Below are positions 23,675-32,000 of a stretch of DNA of 32,000 bases, piece after piece; the first letter of the stretch is position 1; each line of letters begins with the position of its first letter. The position numbers and the translations under genes were made by a program. The stretch lies in the NCBI RefSeq assembly GCF_003231495.1, contig NZ_PQWO01000002.1:510001-542000 (forward strand). The letters are read 5' to 3'. The notes beneath the pieces are model-generated. The model was not told where the DNA came from. It searched no databases and saw only the letters and a list, made by a program, of their open reading frames with translations. This stretch comes from Acaryochloris thomasi RCC1774. GTDB taxonomy: Bacteria > Cyanobacteriota > Cyanobacteriia > Thermosynechococcales > Thermosynechococcaceae.

Positions 23675-25443
23675 GGGCGTCGAGTACTCCTAAATGTAGC
23701 AGGGGTTTTAGAGGCCTTCACCGTTAACACCTGCGGCGGTGTTGCATCGGGAGGATAGACCAGATCAACATTTACTAACCGCTGTTCCTTGGGTTTGAGC
23801 GTCAATGTCACGAGGGCATCGCCCAGATGCCCGGCGGTTTGGACGACGTGGAAATACTGCCGCGTCGGGGTATTGTTGTCATCGTTGTAGCTGACGCGCA
23901 CGGTCCCGCGAAAGAACACGTTGGGAGAAGGCGAACGCAAGAATCGCAGTCCTTTTTCAGCCTGATTGTCTTTAAGAGGCGTTTGTAGCAGAACCGTAAC
24001 CGTTCTGGGTTCTGACGATGGGTTATAGAGGGGGAGTGATAGGTCATAATGGACCCCGTAGTTGCCGTGGGCAAGGTAGGCCGTATCAGGGTAGCGCACC
24101 AGCATCGGGGCGCTCTGAATCTGCGCTGTGCCAAAGGTGCCACGATTAAGCAAGCTCAGCCCATAGGAAAAACCGCTGCCGGGCTCTGGAACCGTGAGCT
24201 GCTGGCTTTCAGCAGAATCTGTGAGTTGCGATCGCCACTTCGAACCGCGACTGACCCCCGCGACTCGCCCATAAAAAAACTTGGGAGCCTGGCTGCTCAA
24301 AGGTGAAGGCTTGATATCTCTGGGTTCTAGTAGCTCTCCCTTGAGCAGGAGTGACTCCCAATCCTGTTTAGAAGGGATGCCTTCCCCACCATTGGGCCGA
24401 GCAGGCGCTTTCATCGCCAGACTGGCGACATAAACGGGGCCGCTTGCGTAGAGGCGGGCTAAGGTTGACCGCGTATTGGAAGATGGGAAGTCTGGTGGCG
24501 GGGTGTTGGGCGGTAGCGTCGTGAGTGACGTTGTGGTTAAGTTAACGGGCGGCTGAACGCGGGAGGGCCAAACGGGGTCATTATTGGCTGTTGTCCTCAC
24601 CGGCACTGGAACCGGCAGATTTGCCAACATCTTGGATTGTCTGGGTTTTAAATAGATGCGAGAAGGCCAATGGGTTTGTCGTTGTCCTCGCAGTACCTGA
24701 TCTGCTGTCCGACCACCGGGGCCTGAAAAAAGCCGACCGACATTATTGGGAGCAATGGGCGGTAGGTTGATGTAGGGCGCGTCAGGAGTTCCGAGGTAGC
24801 TTGCTGCCTGCATCACATTAATCGTGATGGTCTTAGATTGGCTGGGATTGTACAGCACAATACCCTTGTAGAAAGTGGGTGTTTTGCGCGGGCGATCGGT
24901 TTTGACAATGTGGTGAGAGAAAATGTCAAACCGTCCCTGGAAAGGGAAGTTGAGGTGCGCTTTTGGATGGCGCTTGCCCTGAGGGGGGAAGGTCGACAGC
25001 AAGATGCCCGATTTGCGAATCACTTCTGGACTGTTGCTGTTGAACACCGGGACTGCATCCAGACTCCCCGGTAGGGGTCTAACTTCTTGAGGATAAACCA
25101 GCTCTCGGAGGGTCGTAGGAAGTCTTTGGGGTGGAGCGACGGCAGACTGATTTTTTCCCTGCGTCGTTTGCGATTCTGGTCCTGTCGCATCTGCCACTGT
25201 TGTGGTGGTGAGGGGCCGCTCTTTTCTATTCTTTACCGGCGGCTGACTGTCTGAGTTGTCAACGGCGGCGGCGATAGCAGCCTTATTCTGCGGCTCAGCC
25301 AGTAGAGGTGGCCCATTGGCAATGTCAAGATCAGAGGTGAGCGGATGGGATAAAAGCTGGGTCTCTGGGACCGGGGATTTCTCCGGCGGCGGTGCAGGGA
25401 TTGACTGCTGTGCTAGGACAAAACTTGTCAACAGTGGAAGCAT
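23671..25443 (-). CDS. Secreted DUF3370-like protein
   Basis: 590 aa with an N-terminal signal-like segment (MLPLLTSFVLAQQSIPA), a low-complexity P/T/Q-rich region, then a large globular part (VPVFNSNSPEVIRKSGILLSTF...FDIFSHHI...). This resembles cyanobacterial DUF3370 as I recall it. There is a 4-nt ATGA overlap with pgl. Confidence 0.55.
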   Translation of the reverse strand: MLPLLTSFVLAQQSIPAPPPEKSPVPETQLLSHPLTSDLDIANGPPLLAEPQNKAAIAAAVDNSDSQPPVKNRKERPLTTTTVADATGPESQTTQGKNQSAVAPPQRLPTTLRELVYPQEVRPLPGSLDAVPVFNSNSPEVIRKSGILLSTFPPQGKRHPKAHLNFPFQGRFDIFSHHIVKTDRPRKTPTFYKGIVLYNPSQSKTITINVMQAASYLGTPDAPYINLPPIAPNNVGRLFSGPGGRTADQVLRGQRQTHWPSRIYLKPRQSKMLANLPVPVPVRTTANNDPVWPSRVQPPVNLTTTSLTTLPPNTPPPDFPSSNTRSTLARLYASGPVYVASLAMKAPARPNGGEGIPSKQDWESLLLKGELLEPRDIKPSPLSSQAPKFFYGRVAGVSRGSKWRSQLTDSAESQQLTVPEPGSGFSYGLSLLNRGTFGTAQIQSAPMLVRYPDTAYLAHGNYGVHYDLSLPLYNPSSEPRTVTVLLQTPLKDNQAEKGLRFLRSPSPNVFFRGTVRVSYNDDNNTPTRQYFHVVQTAGHLGDALVTLTLKPKEQRLVNVDLVYPPDATPPQVLTVKASKTPATFRSTRRP

Positions 25444-25666
25444 GTAGTGTTGCTCAAAACGCCAAAAATAGACCGGACAACCCCCCGCGCCGATTTAGGC
25501 GTCGCCATCCGTCATTATATCTGATGAATCTAGATGAAGGTATAGTGTTCCAGTCGATTTCGCGTCCTGCCTGATTCAGATGGAATGACGCTGTCAATAT
25601 TGCTCTATATTCCTCTTCAAGACGTGAAAAAACTGAGCTTTGAGATTCTGTTGCTCTCCGGGAGGT

Positions 25667-26284
25667 CTAGGACCGCTTTTCTCCGCTGAGGATGAAGATG
25701 GGATCGACGGCGGCAAAAATTTGGTGGCGTCCTCGGGTCTCTAAGCGATTGATGACGGACTGAACCACTTCGACGTTACAGGCCTGCAGCTCCGCAAAAA
25801 TTTCGGAGATGGTGTAGAGATTCTCTAAGCTCGCGGCGGTGGCCACAACCCTACCCTGGGGCTGCAAATGGGTCCATACGGCTTCTATTATTTGACGAAT
25901 GGGCCGTCCGCCTTCGATGCAGACGCGATGTGGGGCTTGGTTTAGTTGAGCGAGACATTCGGGGGCGCTGCCCTGAAGCACTTCGACGTTGTTGACGGCA
26001 AAGCGATCGCAATTCGTCTGAATCAGATTGACGACATCTTCGTCGCGTTCGATGGCGACAATCTGGCCCTGAGGACACAGGAGACCCGATTCAACGGGAA
26101 TGGTTCCGGTTCCAGCGCCCACATCCCAAAGAATTGTGTCTGGCTCTAAACGAAGCTGAGAAATAATTAGCAGTCGGGTTTCCCGCTTGGTCATCGGGAT
26201 TCCAGGGAGCCGTTCAAAGAGTTCATCTGGAACGCCAGGACTGACGTAGGGCCAAACAGAGGAGGGCATGAAGGATTGAGTCAT
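25667..26284 (-). CDS. cbiT: Precorrin-6Y / cobalt-precorrin-6B C15-methyltransferase (decarboxylating), CbiT subunit
   Basis: GIPMTKRETRLLIISQLRL.....LWDVGAGTGTIPVE is the CbiT N-terminal motif plus the SAM-binding GxGxG. At 205 aa the length fits a stand-alone CbiT. Confidence 0.8.
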   Translation of the reverse strand: MTQSFMPSSVWPYVSPGVPDELFERLPGIPMTKRETRLLIISQLRLEPDTILWDVGAGTGTIPVESGLLCPQGQIVAIERDEDVVNLIQTNCDRFAVNNVEVLQGSAPECLAQLNQAPHRVCIEGGRPIRQIIEAVWTHLQPQGRVVATAASLENLYTISEIFAELQACNVEVVQSVINRLETRGRHQIFAAVDPIFILSGEKRS

Positions 26285-26302
26285 GAGTCGGTTTGTCTCA
26301 GT

Positions 26303-27757
26303 CTACAGTTGCACAACCCGGAGCGTTTGCAGTTCGGGATCCGTACATCCTGTAATATTCCCCCCTGCGGCCTTAATCTGACGCAGGTAGTCTAAGTCGG
26401 TCTCCATAATTGTGCTGCCGGGATAGAGGACCGGAATGCCGGGGGGATAGGGACAAACCAGTTCGGCACTGATTCGATCGGCTGCTTCTGTCCAAGGAAC
26501 AGTTTCTTGGGCAGAAAAGGCTGCTGCCCTCGGTGAAATCTGAGGCATTGAGATTATCGCTCGTTCCCAAATAGATGGAGCGGGCTGTTCAGCGCCTCCC
26601 GGCTTCTGCGCAATTTTCTTGAGTGCCTGCACCAGCTGATTAAGATCGGTCTGTGTTGTTCCCAAACTAGGAATGAAGGTGAGGTGAGAGGGGGTCGGAA
26701 GTTCCGCCGTGACGGCTAGCTGCTCATGGAGAATCTGGTCAACCCGTAAACCATTGAGACCTAGGGGACTGACGCCAACTGTTAACCGGGTGGTGTCTAG
26801 GGTGGCAAAGCCTGCCGTAGATGAGGAGGGGCTGAGAATCGAGAGTCCGCTAATCTGCTGGAGCTGTTGGCGGGTCGCGTCAACCCTCTGGAGCAACTGT
26901 CCCATAATTTGATTGCCCTGCAGCACCATCTGCTGACGGGCCGCATCAAGAGAGGCCAGCAGGAGGTAGCTGGGGCTTGTGGATTGCACCCACTGCAGGG
27001 ACTGGTTGATTCGCTGGGAGGAAATACGAGCGCCCTGCGTATGCAGCATCGCCGCCTGAGTCATCGCTCCCAGAACTTTGTGGGTTGATTGAACAACCAG
27101 ATCTGCGCCTAGCGATAGTGCCGATGGCGGCAGGTCAGAATGAAAGGCAAAGTGAGGACCGTGGGCTTCATCAATCAGTAACGGAATGCCGTGGTTGTGA
27201 GTGAGGGTTGCGATCGCATCCACTTCACCACAGACTCCCTCATAGGTCGGAGAGGTGATCATCACCGCCTTGGCCCGTGGATAACGCTCTAAAGCCTGCC
27301 GCACTCTAGCAGGGGAAACACAGTAAGCGAGTCCGGTCTCCACCTCAGGCTCCACAAAAATTGGCATGGCTCCCGAAAGAATCAGGCCCGAGATCGCAGA
27401 GCGATGACAGTTCCGAGGCAAGATAAGCTGATCGCCTGGATTGCAAACGGCCAGAATTGCCGCCGTTACACCACAGGTAGATCCGTTGGTGAGGAACCAA
27501 GTTTGATCAGCACCAAAAGCTCCTGCCGCTAGAGCTTGGGCTTCAGCGATCACTCCGTCAGGTGCAAACAGATCATCCAGCTCGGGTAGCTCAGGTAAAT
27601 CAGCTTGCAAGACAGCACGACCAAAGACCTGCAGTAACGCTTGAGGGCTTCCCCGACCTCGCTTATGACCGGGCGTATAAAATCCAGCATGGTCACGGCG
27701 ACTAGAACTCTGAAGCGCCTGCAGCAAAGGAGTGCAACTTTGATCCATTGAACTCAT
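26303..27757 (-). CDS. Orn/Lys/Arg decarboxylase-family PLP enzyme
   Basis: YTPGHKRG, NGSTCGV, LIDEAHGPHF and QSTHKVLGAMTQAAMLH (PLP lysine) follow the fold-I basic amino-acid decarboxylase pattern. It ends 18 nt upstream of cbiT. Confidence 0.8.
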   Translation of the reverse strand: MSSMDQSCTPLLQALQSSSRRDHAGFYTPGHKRGRGSPQALLQVFGRAVLQADLPELPELDDLFAPDGVIAEAQALAAGAFGADQTWFLTNGSTCGVTAAILAVCNPGDQLILPRNCHRSAISGLILSGAMPIFVEPEVETGLAYCVSPARVRQALERYPRAKAVMITSPTYEGVCGEVDAIATLTHNHGIPLLIDEAHGPHFAFHSDLPPSALSLGADLVVQSTHKVLGAMTQAAMLHTQGARISSQRINQSLQWVQSTSPSYLLLASLDAARQQMVLQGNQIMGQLLQRVDATRQQLQQISGLSILSPSSSTAGFATLDTTRLTVGVSPLGLNGLRVDQILHEQLAVTAELPTPSHLTFIPSLGTTQTDLNQLVQALKKIAQKPGGAEQPAPSIWERAIISMPQISPRAAAFSAQETVPWTEAADRISAELVCPYPPGIPVLYPGSTIMETDLDYLRQIKAAGGNITGCTDPELQTLRVVQL

Positions 27758-28041
27758 AGCAATGACTTTCTTTAAATAGTTTGACGGGTTTAATCTCCGA
27801 CTCCAATGATGAGTCAGAGATCAGCGGACATTTCAAGCTTGACGGGCTATTTTGGAGTGAAATTATGCAAGAGAAATCGCAGGGAATCAGATCCCAAATT
27901 AAAAAAACACCTTGAAACATCACAAAAGCCTATTCGAGAATCATTAAGGGATTGTATTTTTCCTGATAGTGGCTCTTGAGAATGTCATAAACTAACACCA
28001 CTAAAGTTGCTTACCTGAAAAAAGTAGTGAGGGAAAAGAGT

Positions 28042-31000
28042 ATGGGGCGTTGGGTCATATTACTTGTCAATCGGTTTCCCTTCGTGGCATGTCTTTTAGC
28101 AAGTACTGCTGTGGCAGATGTGGCTTTGGCAAAGAATACTGAAAGTACCGCAGCCATCTCTTCAACAACGAATCGCATTGGAAACGTTCAAGACACTGAA
28201 CAAAATAACCTGACAAACTCTCCCTTCTACCTCTCAGCGGGGACAATGTGTAACGGTGACTCCATTGTGGAGCTTTCGTTTAGAAATCCGTCGAAGGAAA
28301 ACAATCAAAATCGGCGAGATATACCTGCCGGAACGATCTATCGTTTCGCGGGCGTTGCCCCTGGCATTGATGCTTTGGTTACTGTTGAAAGCTTAAACAA
28401 TGGGGCCACACTGGGTGCCATCGACAATCCCAATACAGGCTCAGTGGATGCCCTACAGCCTAGTCTCACGCCTTCCAGACGAGGCGGCGACTCAAGTGTG
28501 GACTTGAACATTAGATTTGTCGAGGCAGGGACTAACACACCCACAATCATCAAAGCCTTCAACGCTTCGGGGGTGGACATTGACGGAGATAGCCGCAGTC
28601 TGAGGGAGTACATCGAACTGGATGGATTCTCTAGCTATACCCTCGAAAATCCGACGACCCTGACACCGGCAATTAGCCCTCCAACCGGGCGTTTTGAGTC
28701 GAACACAACAAAGACTCAACCCGGTATCAGCACTGATGCAACGCAGACATTGGTCACGGCCTCGTACCAAGACGTCAGCAGTTTCCGCTACCGCATTGGA
28801 GCATTGAATCCGCGCAATAGCCGAAGTGGAGATCGACTCAACTCTTTATCTTTTAGTTGCCTCCCGTTTAAGGAACCAGAAACCGAGGCGGGACCAGCCC
28901 CCGCACCAGCTAACAATCCACCTGATGCCGTAGATGACACCAACACAACGGCTATCGATACCCCCGTAAGCGGTAGTGTTCTAGATGGCAGTAATGGTGG
29001 ACTTGATAGTGATCCTGACGATGATGAACTAACGGTTACTGAGAATACTGATCCTTCTAACGGAACCGTCGCTGTCAGTCCTGATGGTGCCTACACCTAC
29101 ACACCTAATGCTGGATATAGTGGCACTGATAGCTTTACCTATACTATCTCTGACGGCAAAGGTGGTACTGATACAGCCACCGTTACGATAACCATTCCAG
29201 AACCAGAACCTACGGCAGAGAATAATCCACCCGATGCCGTAGATGACACCAACACAACTCAGGTAGACACCCCTGTCAGCGGTAGTGTCTTAGATGGCAG
29301 CAGCGGTGGGACCGATACGGATCCTGATGACGATGAACTAACCGTTACTGGAAATACTGATCCTTCTAACGGAACCGTCGCTGTCAGTCCTGATGGTGCC
29401 TACACCTACACACCTAATGCTGGATATAGTGGCACTGATAGCTTTACCTACACCATCTCGGACGGTAAGGGCGGTACCGATACCGCCACCGTCAACATCA
29501 CTGTTGAACCAGAGGCAAAGCCAGAAAACGAACCAGAACCAGGAACAGAGAATAATCCGCCTGATGCAGTGGATGACATCAACACCACGCCCCTAGATAC
29601 GCCTGTCAAGGGTGATGTCCTAGACGGTAGTAATGGTGGATTAGATAGCGATCCTGATGATGATGAACTGACCGTTACTGGAAATACTGATCCTGCCAAC
29701 GGCACTGTCACCGTCGAGCCGGATGGCACCTATACCTATACTCCCAACTCTGGGTTCAGCGGCAGCGATAGTTTCACTTACACCATCTCTGATGGTAAAG
29801 ATGGTACTGATACGGCAACGGTCAACATCACTGTTGAACCAGAGACGACGACAGAAACTGATCCAGAGCCAGGAGCGGAGAATAATCCGCCCGATGCTGT
29901 GGATGACGCCAACACCACGCCGTTGGATACGCCTGTTAGCGGTAGCGCTTTAGACGGCAGCAATGGTGGACTAGATATTGATCCGGATGATGACGACCTA
30001 ACCGTTACTGAAAATACCGAACCCGCTAACGGAACCGTCACTGTTGAGCCAGATGGCACCTATACTTACACTCCTAATCCTGGGTTCAGCGGTACTGATA
30101 GCTTTACGTACACTATTTCTGATGGCAAAGGCGGTACTGATACTGCCACAGTCAATATTACGGTTGAGCCTGGTTCAATGCCTGCTACAACGGAAGAACC
30201 TGAGCGTTCCTCTTTGGCCGGAAAAATCGTGATCAATGAGGTTTTGTATAAGCAAACGGTGCCGGGGAACATTGGGGCCGATAAGAATGATGAATTCATT
30301 GAGCTATACAATGCATCCGACGAGCCAATTGATATTGGCGGGCTGCAGTTGCTTGATGGAAATGCGATCTCAAATGACACAGACGGCAACGGCAGCATCA
30401 CAGGCCGAGCTACCCCCTATACCTTCCCTAAAGGAACTATCTTGCAGCCTGGCGAATACGCCGTCGTTTGGATTGGTGACGAGAAGGATGCTGCTGGCAA
30501 CCCCATTGCAGCTCATCAAGCACCCGACGCTGCCTTTCAAACTTGGCTGGGTCAACGTCCTAAACTCAATAACGCAGGGGATGATGTCTGGCTCTATGAT
30601 GATGAGCTGAACATTGTCGATTACGTCGCCTTTGGAGAAAACAAAGGCAGTAGTAAAGGCATAAATACACCGCCACCCGCCTCCCTTAATCTATGGGACG
30701 ATACCCATCAAACTTCATTGGGAGGTGTTCCTAATGGCCAGTCCATCAGTTTGACCGCAAACGGTTCAGATTCTGATACAAGTGCCTGCTGGGAAGCCAC
30801 AACCAGCGGCGACGCAAGCGAGCGCTGTCCTGGATACCTAGATACGGTTGACTCAGATTCAGTAGGCAATCGCCTAACCAGTGTTGCTGGCAATAACAAC
30901 ACTGCACCGACTGACCCAGATCCAGACCCTCAACCGGATCCAGATCCTCAGCCAGATCCAGATCCAGATCCCCAACCAGACCCAGACCCTCAACCAGATC

Positions 31001-31611
31001 CAGATCCAGACCCTCAACCAGACCCAGATCCAGACCCTCAACCAGACCCAGACCCAGACCCAGACCCAGACCCAGACCCAGACCCCGATCCGGACCCAGA
31101 CCCTCAGCCAGATCCGGATCCTCAGTCAGACCCTGATCCAGACCCTCAGCCTGGTCCTGGAACTATTCGGGTGCCGGTTCCAACACCGACGCCAACGATA
31201 CCTGGATCGCCAACACCGACTCCCGGTTCAACTCCAGCGCCCGCTCCTGTTCCCACAACTCCACCGCCAGCCTCGGCTCCACCTGCTCCAGCTCCTGCAG
31301 AACCTACTCCAGAGGCTCCTAGCTCACGGCCCTCCACCAGAACAACACCGCCCACGATCTTGGTTCCAGGAGCTGGATCTGCGCCAGGATCTACGCCTGT
31401 ACCAACGACGCCATCTACTCCAGGAACTACGCCGGTGCCAGGATCTTCACCCGCACCCGCAGCTCCTGCCCCTGCTGCTCCTAAGCCCGTTGAATCTGGC
31501 CCTGTTTCTGAACCACCAGAAGATCCTCAGCCTTTGGATCAAAGTGATTCTCTGCTTGAACCAACAGCCTCCCCGGAACCGACTCCTCCGCCTGTTCCAG
31601 CCTTATGGTAG
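28042..31611 (+). CDS. Large secreted multi-domain protein: signal peptide, ~290-aa unknown N-domain, 4 cadherin/Ig-like repeats, lamin-tail domain (LTD), (DP/QP)n tract, proline-rich tail
   Basis: Signal peptide MGRWVILLVNRFPFVACLLASTAVADVALA|K. Four ~105-aa repeats read NNPPDAVDD.NTT..DTPV.G.VLDGSNGGLDSDPDDDELTVT.NT.P.NGTV.V.PDGTYTYTPN.GFSG.DSFTYTISDGKGGTDTATV.ITV. The LTD segment is IVINEVLYKQ...NDEFIELYNASDEPIDIGGLQL...YTFPKGTILQPGEYAVVW. I prefer ATG 28042 over the ORF-track GTG 28027. Confidence 0.85.
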   Translation: MGRWVILLVNRFPFVACLLASTAVADVALAKNTESTAAISSTTNRIGNVQDTEQNNLTNSPFYLSAGTMCNGDSIVELSFRNPSKENNQNRRDIPAGTIYRFAGVAPGIDALVTVESLNNGATLGAIDNPNTGSVDALQPSLTPSRRGGDSSVDLNIRFVEAGTNTPTIIKAFNASGVDIDGDSRSLREYIELDGFSSYTLENPTTLTPAISPPTGRFESNTTKTQPGISTDATQTLVTASYQDVSSFRYRIGALNPRNSRSGDRLNSLSFSCLPFKEPETEAGPAPAPANNPPDAVDDTNTTAIDTPVSGSVLDGSNGGLDSDPDDDELTVTENTDPSNGTVAVSPDGAYTYTPNAGYSGTDSFTYTISDGKGGTDTATVTITIPEPEPTAENNPPDAVDDTNTTQVDTPVSGSVLDGSSGGTDTDPDDDELTVTGNTDPSNGTVAVSPDGAYTYTPNAGYSGTDSFTYTISDGKGGTDTATVNITVEPEAKPENEPEPGTENNPPDAVDDINTTPLDTPVKGDVLDGSNGGLDSDPDDDELTVTGNTDPANGTVTVEPDGTYTYTPNSGFSGSDSFTYTISDGKDGTDTATVNITVEPETTTETDPEPGAENNPPDAVDDANTTPLDTPVSGSALDGSNGGLDIDPDDDDLTVTENTEPANGTVTVEPDGTYTYTPNPGFSGTDSFTYTISDGKGGTDTATVNITVEPGSMPATTEEPERSSLAGKIVINEVLYKQTVPGNIGADKNDEFIELYNASDEPIDIGGLQLLDGNAISNDTDGNGSITGRATPYTFPKGTILQPGEYAVVWIGDEKDAAGNPIAAHQAPDAAFQTWLGQRPKLNNAGDDVWLYDDELNIVDYVAFGENKGSSKGINTPPPASLNLWDDTHQTSLGGVPNGQSISLTANGSDSDTSACWEATTSGDASERCPGYLDTVDSDSVGNRLTSVAGNNNTAPTDPDPDPQPDPDPQPDPDPDPQPDPDPQPDPDPDPQPDPDPDPQPDPDPDPDPDPDPDPDPDPDPQPDPDPQSDPDPDPQPGPGTIRVPVPTPTPTIPGSPTPTPGSTPAPAPVPTTPPPASAPPAPAPAEPTPEAPSSRPSTRTTPPTILVPGAGSAPGSTPVPTTPSTPGTTPVPGSSPAPAAPAPAAPKPVESGPVSEPPEDPQPLDQSDSLLEPTASPEPTPPPVPALW
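28912..30170 (+). repeat. Four tandem intragenic repeats (units start 28912, 29221, 29551, 29881; periods 309/330/330 nt)
   Basis: Read directly from the sequence. Each unit begins AA(C/T)AATCC(A/G)CC(T/C)GATGC and ends ...ACGGT(T/C)(G/A)A(G/A)CC. Confidence 0.9.
30913..31152 (+). repeat. Hexanucleotide-based (GAYCCN)n / (GAYCCNCARCCN) coding microsatellite giving an 80-residue Asp/Pro/Gln tract (one Ser)
   Basis: gac cca gat cca gac cct caa ccg ... is repeated about 40 codon pairs. It includes 12 consecutive D-P dipeptides spanning 31027..31098. Confidence 0.9.
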
Positions 31612-31665
31612 GAGGCACCGTCAACCCCCGTTGCTAGCCTCGGCTAGAGAGAGCCAATAAGGTCA

Positions 31666-31725
31666 GCGATCCTTTGCGTATTTCTGCAGGCTGGCAACGC
31701 GCAAAGGATCGCGCTAGTGTTTTTA
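31666..31725 (+). terminator. 13-bp perfect hairpin after the exoprotein gene
   Basis: GCGATCCTTTGCG (31666..31678), a 21-nt loop, then CGCAAAGGATCGC (31700..31712), followed by gctagtgTTTTT. Confidence 0.5.
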
Positions 31726-31775
31726 AGGATTGCCAAAGCAATCGGATGTACAAACGGGAGCCATAATCACAAACA

Positions 31776-32000
31776 ATGTTAAGAGCCGGTATTGTCGGAC
31801 TGCCAAATGTGGGCAAGTCTACGTTGTTCAATGCTTTGGTTGCCAATGCTAAGGCAGAGGCCGCGAATTTTCCTTTTTGTACGATTGAGCCTAATGTTGG
31901 CGTCGTAACGGTGCCGGATGAACGCCTTCAAGTACTGTCAGATATTGCAACCTCAAAAGAGATTGTGCCCACCCGAGTGGAGTTTGTTGATATCGCGGGG
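31776..32000 (+). CDS. ychF: Ribosome-binding ATPase YchF (Obg-family), N-terminal 75 aa; continues beyond the right edge
   Basis: Absent from the ORF track because there is no stop in-window. My translation is [54 protein letters not shown]...VEFVDIAG, which is the YchF G1 (GLPNVGKST) and G3 (DIAG) pattern. Confidence 0.9.
   Translation, partial: MLRAGIVGLPNVGKSTLFNALVANAKAEAANFPFCTIEPNVGVVTVPDERLQVLSDIATSKEIVPTRVEFVDIAG

Noticed and set aside
27758-28026. Possible cobalamin riboswitch upstream of the decarboxylase-cbiT operon, and the repeated TTGACGGG words at about 27783 and about 27838
   Set aside because: No B12-box-like sequence or multi-stem architecture is visible on the minus strand. 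The TTGACGGG repeat is only 8 nt and may just be -35-like hexamers.
30881-31660. 259-aa plus-strand ORF (QIQTLNQTQ...) and the 69-aa minus-strand ORF at 31146..31355
   Set aside because: These are alternative frames of the DP/QP and proline-rich low-complexity DNA. The frames stay open only because of the repeat composition. The exoprotein frame, with its signal peptide and domains, explains the region.
31634-31846. 70-aa minus-strand ORF
   Set aside because: It is antisense to the start of ychF, and its sequence (…[12 protein letters not shown]…) mirrors the reverse translation of the P-loop region. It is a shadow ORF.
1-32000. Search for CRISPR arrays, IS elements, integrases, toxin-antitoxin pairs or known defence systems
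   Set aside because: No regularly spaced direct repeats, transposase/integrase-like ORFs or small paired ORFs of that kind were seen. The tRNA-Ser gene has no adjacent integrase or attachment-site-like duplication of its 3' end.

Overview
This window reads as ordinary cyanobacterial chromosome, not a mobile or accessory island. The octamer GCGATCGC (HIP1) occurs at least 16 times, and the gene content is typical: pgr5, ftsH, pentapeptide-repeat proteins and DICT-domain sensors. I support about 29 protein-coding genes, two of them truncated at the window edges and therefore absent from the ORF track (mltG at the left, ychF at the right). There is also one tRNA-Ser(UGA), two gene remnants, several hairpin terminators and a few promoter or operator candidates. 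I found no CRISPR array, IS element, integrase, prophage or recognisable defence system.

Main blocks, left to right:
- A five-gene minus-strand operon with overlapping junctions: GNAT, PhzF-like, ruvX, DUF1292/DUF3727-like, mltG.
- A DICT protein with a degenerate HD-GYP domain, then ftsH, a receiver-domain remnant, and pgr5 with a small DUF2949-like gene.
- A pentapeptide-repeat gene followed by a DICT-GAF histidine kinase.
- A truncated SDR, a GH13 glucosidase, and an ABC1 kinase with a second pentapeptide-repeat gene.
- A DUF2993-like gene, a second DICT-GAF histidine kinase and a small tail-anchored protein.
- tRNA-Ser, a second YqgF-like gene, a zinc-ribbon-FHA gene with an FHA-pseudokinase gene, and DUF3370-like/pgl.
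- An Orn/Lys/Arg decarboxylase-fold gene followed by cbiT, a 1189-aa secreted repeat protein, and ychF.

Best candidates for something not yet described:
1. Three DICT-domain signalling proteins lie within 15 kb with no response regulator nearby. Two are old paralogous kinases with an identical phospho-acceptor helix and a shared CxCx4C motif. The third carries a catalytically dead HD-GYP domain.
2. A two-gene FHA module has a kinase domain that has lost its HRD and DFG aspartates.
3. A giant exoprotein combines four cadherin/Ig-like repeats, a lamin-tail domain, an 80-residue D/P/Q tract and a proline-rich tail, with no recognisable anchor.
4. HLR1-type (RpaB-type) direct repeats sit on the core promoters of pgr5 and the small membrane protein, with weaker copies in other intergenic regions.

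All family assignments come from motif recognition by eye. No database or HMM search was run.
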